Shown piece by piece: positions 59,001 to 64,000 of a stretch of 64,000 bases of DNA. The DNA lies in the NCBI GenBank assembly GCA_965201075.1, contig CBDAVP010000003.1:62001-126000 (forward strand). Direction: 5' to 3'. Position numbers and translations under genes: made by a program. A model generated the notes under the pieces. The model was given only the letters and a program-made list of their open reading frames with translations. It was not told the origin of the DNA and did not search any database. Every line of letters begins with the position of its first letter. Position 1 is the first letter of the stretch. Source of the DNA: Isosphaeraceae bacterium. GTDB lineage: Bacteria; Planctomycetota; Planctomycetia; Isosphaerales; Isosphaeraceae.

Positions 59001-59431
59001 TCGGTGCTATTGGCGACATAAGCCCCACCATCACCCGGCTCGACACCGGTGGGGATCAGCAGGCCGCCCGCGAAAACCTCGGTTCGGTCAGCCTTGCCGT
59101 CGCCGTCGCGGTCGTCCAGGACCACGATTTTGTCGTTGGCGGTTCCCCCCGGCGCGATCTGGGGATAAATCTCGGACGTGGCGACCCACAGGCGGCCCGC
59201 CGCGTCGAAGTTCATCTGGATCGGCTTCGCCAGCAACGGGTCGGCGGCGTAAAGGTTCACCTCGAACCCCTCGGCCACCTGGAACGACTTGCGCTCAATT
59301 TCCGGGTCGGGGTCGGGAACATCAGGCGCATTCGAGGGCACCTGGCCCCGAGCGACCAACCCCAAACCCAGACAGCCGACCGCCAGAGTGATCCAGAAGC
59401 TACGAAGGCAAACCGGACGAGCACCGATCAT
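56054..59431 (-). CDS. PVC-type heme-binding protein (beta-propeller dehydrogenase-like + HEAT + cytochrome c)
   Basis: GFEVNLYAADP, DGDGKAD, NPWG, FRPIDVKLGPDGALYVADWYN, HGRIWR, HEAT repeats, CLGCH...GPDLS...SLMP. Confidence 0.92.
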   Translation of the reverse strand: MIGARPVCLRSFWITLAVGCLGLGLVARGQVPSNAPDVPDPDPEIERKSFQVAEGFEVNLYAADPLLAKPIQMNFDAAGRLWVATSEIYPQIAPGGTANDKIVVLDDRDGDGKADRTEVFAGGLLIPTGVEPGDGGAYVANSTELIHLKDTDGDGKADSRRVVLSGFGTEDTHHLLHTLHWGPEGLLYMAQSIYIHSHIETPHGVRRLGGGGFWQFRPETMRLEVFARGLVNPWGLVFDTYGQTFATDGAGVEGINYIVPGASYFMDPAATRVIRGLNLGSPKDCGLEQVEGRGFPDDWQGNLITNDFRGNRVCRYVLSDDNSGFASRELPELIKTTHRAFRPIDVKLGPDGALYVADWYNPIIQHGEVDFRDPRRDHTHGRIWRITAKGRPALPRLKLIEATTEALLDELKSPESWTRQRAKRVLQERGPKVVFPSLAAWTDRLPADAWHDRLEALWMYQAIDVARPALLTQLLASSDYRVRAAAVRVVGHWKDRLDDPLSLLASRVVDEHPRVRLEAVRVLGGIPSLSSAELALKAIDRPIDPFLDYAVWLTCRQLKAQWLPAVEAGQTDLGGIDHLVWALTAIESPKVVGYLIQSLAGGKLNADQEASAIAQISVRGNPDELGNLLNLAVDPSASPAKQSTLLGNLVRATGPRKIQPSGDLGRLGPLLQSNDATLKAEAARAVGLWKVEPLRPLLEEAARGDDKTPGPLRHAAIEALAHLGGPESRRALIDLAGPGRPEEDRKFAVAALAGLDIASAAGVAVDLLGTGDPAELYRAFLRQKDGPNALAQALSGRDLPADAAKLGLRTVRGSGQSVPGLVEALTRSGKLDAAHADLTPEQRSALVTEVTRDGNPARGEAIFRDTSLNCLGCHAIGGAGGQVGPDLSSLGGSAPVDYVIDSLLTPDKAVKEGYHSTVVATDDGRVLSGIKIGQSATNLVLRDADGAEQAIPLASIEDQKPGGSLMPPGLTDSLTHAEFVDLVRFLSELGKVGGSFSLGKERLVRRWLVAVPPGVPGTPSGWKSAYGEVSGVLPPSALVGSPAVAFDLDVSTPGKVRLDWQGAEGGTVLIDGKPGPSGSNFVLDLARGRHSIYLGLGANRDPRPLRCELIDVPDSPARAQVVLGR

Positions 59432-60651
59432 GGTCGCGGATTCCCCACTTCGTGTCGGAGTTCGATCGTCCGGGCGGTCGGGATCGTCAGTCGGCCGATC
59501 AAGGCCTCTTGCTCGGCGACCAGAGGGTCGAACTGGACGACCTCGGCCGCGTTCCGTCCTTGTTCATGTTTGCGGAACCCGTACAGATAGGTCTCGTTCT
59601 GGGGCCGGTAGCGATAGAACTCAAGGCGATTCTTTTTCACGATCGCGGCCCGCACTTGCTGGATCTGGGCGAGGGATACGTCGTCCACGAGATCGATACC
59701 CCGTTCGCAGTCGTCCGACGACACGGTGCGCCCCGTGTCGTGACCGTCCAGCAGCAAGCGAAAGTTCCCGGCGGCCAGGCCGTGAATGGTCAGCTTCCGG
59801 GTGGGCGCCGGCCGTGCGGCATCCCCCGGGCTGGGAGCGGGGCAGGGGGGCAAGACGGTGTCGCGAGCCTCGAAGCGGAGGCCGCCATCGAACCGTTTGA
59901 CCTGCGTCGTCGTCACCCCCTGGGCCGTGACTTTGGGATGGTCGCCGACCAGGTCGATCTGAACCGACCAGGGTGAGTCTTCCAGGCCAAGTCCGCGCTC
60001 GATCTGGCGGGCCAGTTGCCACAAGCCCAGTTGATCGGGCAAGACCCCGTCGGCCGTCGAAACGTCGTCGAGTCCGTCGAGGAGGTCCACGAATTGACCC
60101 TCACGGCCGGCCGCGATTTTCTGGATGGCCTCTCCATAGAGGTGAACGTCGCGGTTGTGGGCGGTGGGGTCGGGCAAGGGCCGGCCGAGGTCTCGCTGGG
60201 CCAGTGGGCCGAGAAACACCAGGCGAGCCTTGAGCGGGGCGAGGTCGTCCAGCAGGGTCTGGTATCCCGAGACGAACCGAGGCAGCCCCCCGGCGCCGTC
60301 GAACGATTCCACCCCGCCGAAACCGAGGAACAGGACTGTCGGCCTGGCGGCGGTGACCTGCTCGACCAGCCGCTTGTAGCCGACCGGAGGGGGGTCGAAC
60401 GCGGCTCGAGCCTCTCCAAAAACGGTATCGCCGCTCCAGCCCAGGTTGCGGAAAACGATTACCTGACCGGGACGCCGGCGGGCCAGTTCGGTTTCCAGAT
60501 ACCCTTGGGCCTGCTCGCGTTCCACCAGGGCGTTGCCGACGAAGACCACGCGATCCTCGGCCGAGAGTGAGAACGGCGGGGGTGCGGCCGCGGCGAGCCC
60601 CGGGCTTGCCGTGGTCGCGAGAATGAGGAAGAGCAGTCGCCGGCCGGTCAT
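59428..60651 (-). CDS. SGNH/GDSL-fold protein, exported, catalytic residues apparently missing
   Basis: DRVVFVGNA, FRNLGWSGDT, DGVLP; C-terminal YRYRPQNETYLYGFRKHEQG; ATGA-coupled to the heme protein. Confidence 0.8.
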   Translation of the reverse strand: MTGRRLLFLILATTASPGLAAAAPPPFSLSAEDRVVFVGNALVEREQAQGYLETELARRRPGQVIVFRNLGWSGDTVFGEARAAFDPPPVGYKRLVEQVTAARPTVLFLGFGGVESFDGAGGLPRFVSGYQTLLDDLAPLKARLVFLGPLAQRDLGRPLPDPTAHNRDVHLYGEAIQKIAAGREGQFVDLLDGLDDVSTADGVLPDQLGLWQLARQIERGLGLEDSPWSVQIDLVGDHPKVTAQGVTTTQVKRFDGGLRFEARDTVLPPCPAPSPGDAARPAPTRKLTIHGLAAGNFRLLLDGHDTGRTVSSDDCERGIDLVDDVSLAQIQQVRAAIVKKNRLEFYRYRPQNETYLYGFRKHEQGRNAAEVVQFDPLVAEQEALIGRLTIPTARTIELRHEVGNPRP

Positions 60652-60916
60652 GCACCTGGTCCTTCGGAGGGTCCGGGAGGGCGGGTCGGCGAGGACCCGC
60701 GACCCAACCTTGGCTTGAATGTATGCCCGGCCCAACCCTCTGTCGAGACTCCAGTACCCGAGGACCCGTTCCCAGCCAGGTTGCCAATTCCTCGGAAATG
60801 TTCCCGGGCCCGCGACGAATTCCCCGAGACGGCCGGCCCGAACCGAAGGGCGCCTCGGCGTGTCGATTGGCCTGAGTTCCCCAACCGGGGACGGCCCGTT
60901 GCAAAAAGGAGGGGTG

Positions 60917-61195
60917 ATGACGCCCCAGACGAACCAGTCGCTCGCTCCCTTGACGTACGGGAGCCGTCCCGAGTCGGCCGAGCTTCACGCCACGCTCCGC
61001 TCCATCGCCGCTCAAGTTCACCTCGTCGACAACGCTCATACGGTGGATCGCTGCCAGGTCCGGGCCCTGGCTCAGTCGATCCGCCGCGTCCGCTCCCGCG
61101 TTCAGGACCACTTCGGCGACGAAATCGGCCACTGGCTGGACAATCTTCAGGCCCAGGTCGACCGCATTGTCGCCCGGACGCCGGTGAATTGCTGA
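60917..61195 (+). CDS. Small hypothetical helical protein (92 aa)
   Basis: Strong AAGGAGG SD; amphipathic helical sequence; followed by a 15-bp hairpin. Confidence 0.65.
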   Translation: MTPQTNQSLAPLTYGSRPESAELHATLRSIAAQVHLVDNAHTVDRCQVRALAQSIRRVRSRVQDHFGDEIGHWLDNLQAQVDRIVARTPVNC

Positions 61196-61214
61196 ATCAA
61201 AAGGCGCGTAACCA

Positions 61215-61249
61215 GGCCCCGATCCAGCCCGAATGGTTGGGTCGGGGCC
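61215..61249 (+). terminator. 15-bp hairpin between convergent genes
   Basis: GGCCCCGATCCAGCC-cgaat-GGTTGGGTCGGGGCC (its G-U pairs form on the plus strand). Confidence 0.55.
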
Positions 61250-61294
61250 GTCACCTCTTGTTCGATCAACGGTTGCCCGGTTGGGGCGGTGATG

Positions 61295-61765
61295 TCAGGG
61301 GGTCAAGCCCGTGCCGCCGGGATTGATCGGCGTGGCCTCGACTCGTCCCGAATAGTTGGGTACGGGGAACTGCGGCGGGCGACGGGCGGCGTCAACCGCC
61401 GGATTCTCGGGCAGATGCGCCGAGGTCAAAGGAGGCCCGCCCGCGGGGTGGGCCCCTCCGCAGTTGGTCCAGGGAATATAACGCTGACCACGCGTCACAT
61501 AAGAGTTGTAGTAGGTAGGCAAGAACATCTGGTCCGCCGGCAAGGCGTAGTATCGAGGGAAGTAATACTCCGGTGTACGATTTCGACCGAGCGGCAGGGA
61601 ATTTCCCTTGTACCACCAGCCAAAGCCATCGGGGTTATCATTGGGAAACCCCAGACCGAAGCCAGGACCGGGCGGGGTAATGTCGCCTCCGTTGTGCGTC
61701 GGGTGGACGCCGCCGGCCGATCCGAGGGCGAGCCACAGAGTCAGGGAAGCCAGGGTCGAGCCCAT
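61295..61765 (-). CDS. Small secreted Pro/Gly/Tyr-rich hypothetical protein
   Basis: GGAGG SD; signal-like N-terminus; YYFPRYY, Y.SYVTRGQRYIP. Confidence 0.7.
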   Translation of the reverse strand: MGSTLASLTLWLALGSAGGVHPTHNGGDITPPGPGFGLGFPNDNPDGFGWWYKGNSLPLGRNRTPEYYFPRYYALPADQMFLPTYYNSYVTRGQRYIPWTNCGGAHPAGGPPLTSAHLPENPAVDAARRPPQFPVPNYSGRVEATPINPGGTGLTP

Positions 61766-61987
61766 CGCGATCCTCCGTGTCCCCCCAGGGCTCCACCCCA
61801 GGGGGCCGATACCAGCCTCGGCGGGCCTCCTCGCCGCCCCGATGTTCCACGCTTCTTATCAGCGTAGCCGGGAATTGCCCCGTTTGAGACGATTCGGACC
61901 GCTCAAACTTCCGCGGTCTCGTTAGAATGAGTATGATCCGACCCGCCGAGTCGCCCCCGCACCGGCATCCGCGTCGACGGACCCGCC

Positions 61988-62557
61988 ATGATCGCCCTGA
62001 TCGATAACTACGACTCCTTCACCTACAACCTCGTTCAGCGGCTGGGCGAAATTGACCCCAGCCTGGACCTCTGGGTCGTCCGCAACGACCAGGTGACGCT
62101 GGACGAGATCGAGGCCCGCCAGCCCACCCATCTGATCATCTCTCCCGGGCCTTGCACCCCTCGCGAGGCGGGCATTTCCAACGACGCCCTGGCCCGCTTC
62201 GCCCCGAAGTTGCCGACCCTGGGGGTTTGCCTCGGTCATCAATGCATCGGCCACACCTGGGGGGCCGAGGTCGTCCGGGCCGACCGGATCATGCACGGCA
62301 AGACGTCCCCCATCTTCCATGATGGACAGGGGATCTACCGAGGAATGCCCAACCCCTTCGAGGCAACCCGCTACCACAGCCTCGTCATCCGGCCCGGGAC
62401 CTTGCCCGAGAGCCTGGTTGTCGTCGCGTGGACCGAGGAAGGGGAAATCATGGGCGTCCGCCACCGCGAATACCCACTCGAAGGGGTCCAGTATCATCCC
62501 GAAAGTTTCCTGACCCAGGATGGGGTTCGCCTCCTGGCCAACTTCATCGGCCGCTAA
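61988..62557 (+). CDS. Anthranilate/aminodeoxychorismate synthase component II (glutamine amidotransferase, TrpG/PabA)
   Basis: IDNYDSFTYNL, ISPGPC.P, GVCLGHQ, RYHSL, GVQYHPES. Confidence 0.96.
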   Translation: MIALIDNYDSFTYNLVQRLGEIDPSLDLWVVRNDQVTLDEIEARQPTHLIISPGPCTPREAGISNDALARFAPKLPTLGVCLGHQCIGHTWGAEVVRADRIMHGKTSPIFHDGQGIYRGMPNPFEATRYHSLVIRPGTLPESLVVVAWTEEGEIMGVRHREYPLEGVQYHPESFLTQDGVRLLANFIGR

Positions 62558-62590
62558 AACTCGAGCCTCGTTCTCGGGAAGGGAGGCCCG

Positions 62591-63823
62591 ATGCTCGACC
62601 TGGACGCGGCCCTCGAAGCGGTGCTAGCCCGGACCCAACCCCTGCCCCCCCAATGGGTTTCGTTGGAAATGGCCAATCGGCGATGGCTGGCCGAGGATGT
62701 GACCGCTGACCTGGATCTTCCGCCTTTCGCCAAGGCCCTCGTCGACGGCTACGCGATCCGTTCCGCCGACTTCCCGGCGGGTTCGGGCCGGTTCCGCGTC
62801 GTCGAGACCATTCCCGCCGGTCATGCCCCGTCTCGCTCGCTCGGGCCGGGCGACGCGGCGCTCATCATGACTGGCGCCCCTTTGCCCGACGGGGCCGACG
62901 CCGTCGTGATGCGCGAGGAAGCCGATCCGGACGGGACGGAATGGGTCCACCTTCGCCCGGAAAAGCCCGTGCGGCCCGGCCTGAACGGGTTGCCGCGTGG
63001 CCGCGAAATGCGAGCCGGCGAGACGGTTCTCCTCGCGGGCCAGCTTCTCGGTCCGGCTCAGGTCGGACTCCTCGCCTCGGTCGGTCGTGCCGAGGTGCTA
63101 GTTCACGGAAGACCCCGGGTCGTGGTGATCCCGACGGGTGACGAGCTGGTCGAGGCCGACCGCTTTCCCGGTCCGGGCCAGATCCGCAATTCCAACGGCC
63201 CGATGCTTCGCGCCTTCCTGGAAAGTCGTGGCGCCGAGGTTGTTTTGGGTCCGATCGCGCCCGACCATCCCGCCAGGCTTCGCGAGGCGTTGGCGGGCGG
63301 ATTGGCCGAGGCCGACGTCCTGGTCGTCGCCGGTGGCGTTTCGGCCGGCGATCTTGACCTGGTTCCCTCCACCCTCATCGGCCTGGGTGTTGAACGTGTG
63401 TTTCACAAGGTTCGACTCAAGCCCGGCAAGCCGTTATGGTTTGGCGTGGGGCCCGTCCGTGGGGGGGCGGGACATTCCCCGATGGTCTTCGGCCTGCCCG
63501 GCAACCCGGTTGGCGCTGCGGTTTGTGCCTTGCTGTTTGTTGGCCCCGCCTTGAGTCGTCTCCTCGGCGGCACGACCCCAGAACCGGTTGCGGAGCCGGG
63601 AATTCTCGCCAGGGAGTACGTGCAACGGGGAGTCCGTCCGACGTATCATCCGTCGCGGATCACCCGGAACCCCGATGGCTCGCTCCCTCAGGTCGAGCCG
63701 CTCGACTGGGCCGGGTCGGCCGACCTCCGTGGCCTTTCGCGGGCCGACGGCTTCGCCCGATTTCCTGAAGGGGATTGCGTTTACGGTCGAGGTGACGCGA
63801 TTCGCTTCGTGGCGTTCCCCTGA
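62591..63823 (+). CDS. moeA: Molybdopterin molybdenumtransferase
   Basis: DLPPF....VDGYA, IMTGAPLPDGADAVV..E, TGDEL, IRNSN, GGVSAGD.D, KPGKP, GLPGNP. Confidence 0.96.
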   Translation: MLDLDAALEAVLARTQPLPPQWVSLEMANRRWLAEDVTADLDLPPFAKALVDGYAIRSADFPAGSGRFRVVETIPAGHAPSRSLGPGDAALIMTGAPLPDGADAVVMREEADPDGTEWVHLRPEKPVRPGLNGLPRGREMRAGETVLLAGQLLGPAQVGLLASVGRAEVLVHGRPRVVVIPTGDELVEADRFPGPGQIRNSNGPMLRAFLESRGAEVVLGPIAPDHPARLREALAGGLAEADVLVVAGGVSAGDLDLVPSTLIGLGVERVFHKVRLKPGKPLWFGVGPVRGGAGHSPMVFGLPGNPVGAAVCALLFVGPALSRLLGGTTPEPVAEPGILAREYVQRGVRPTYHPSRITRNPDGSLPQVEPLDWAGSADLRGLSRADGFARFPEGDCVYGRGDAIRFVAFP

Positions 63824-63875
63824 CCCGGCGTCGGCTCCCGGCCGAAACTTCCGGCCTCCAAGGACGAACGAACCG

Positions 63876-64000
63876 ATGACGACGCCGACCCTGCCGGCCC
63901 CCGCGGACGCCCTCGCCGCGACGCCTCCCACCGCCGAGAGGTTCAAACTCCCTCCGGCGCCGGTGCTGGCCTTGATCTCGGCGGCGCTGCTGGCCCCCTC
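63876..64000 (+). CDS. 5' fragment of a probable membrane protein, runs off the window
   Basis: ATG 63876, open to the end: MTTPTLPAP...PVLALISAALLAP. Confidence 0.5.
   Translation, partial: MTTPTLPAPADALAATPPTAERFKLPPAPVLALISAALLAP

Noticed and set aside
60887..60903. GG-N10-GC (GGGGACGGCCCGTTGCA) as a sigma-54 promoter
   Set aside because: Poor -24 box, and the implied TSS would fall downstream of the strong SD
1..64000. CRISPR arrays, IS/transposases, integrases, prophage genes, tRNA/rRNA
   Set aside because: No regularly spaced repeats, recombinase motifs, cloverleafs or rRNA signatures seen

Overview
High-GC bacterial chromosomal window, very likely a planctomycete (probably Isosphaeraceae-like). 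That call is inferred from a DUF1559 prepilin-like protein, a PVC-type CxxCH beta-propeller/HEAT/cytochrome c protein, an 'LEGR/LEPR' planctomycete export signal and an FlgI-HEAT protein. About 43 CDSs plus the SRP RNA are supported; I saw no IS, prophage, CRISPR, rRNA or tRNA. Housekeeping blocks: ffs-dnaX-ybaB-recR-rpoN, hisS-hisZ-hisG, moaC-polyprenyl synthase, trpG/pabA-moeA, dusB, glgX. The most notable observations are: (1) a translationally coupled operon of a signal-peptide-bearing Pcm-type methyltransferase, a CBM + apparently catalytically dead GH-A protein and a UDP-uronate-type epimerase; (2) a three-gene DAB/MpsAB-type inorganic carbon pump with an extra degenerate NuoM-like subunit and a structured leader; (3) an A10 recoding site in dnaX; (4) a PDZ-like/multi-TM/GAF sigma-54 activator, rpoN and 2-3 sigma-54 promoters in one window; (5) a 22-bp-period tandem operator before an XRE regulator; (6) a surface protein with five ~122-aa repeats that I cannot assign to a family. 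All product calls come from motif recognition by eye; no database searches were run.
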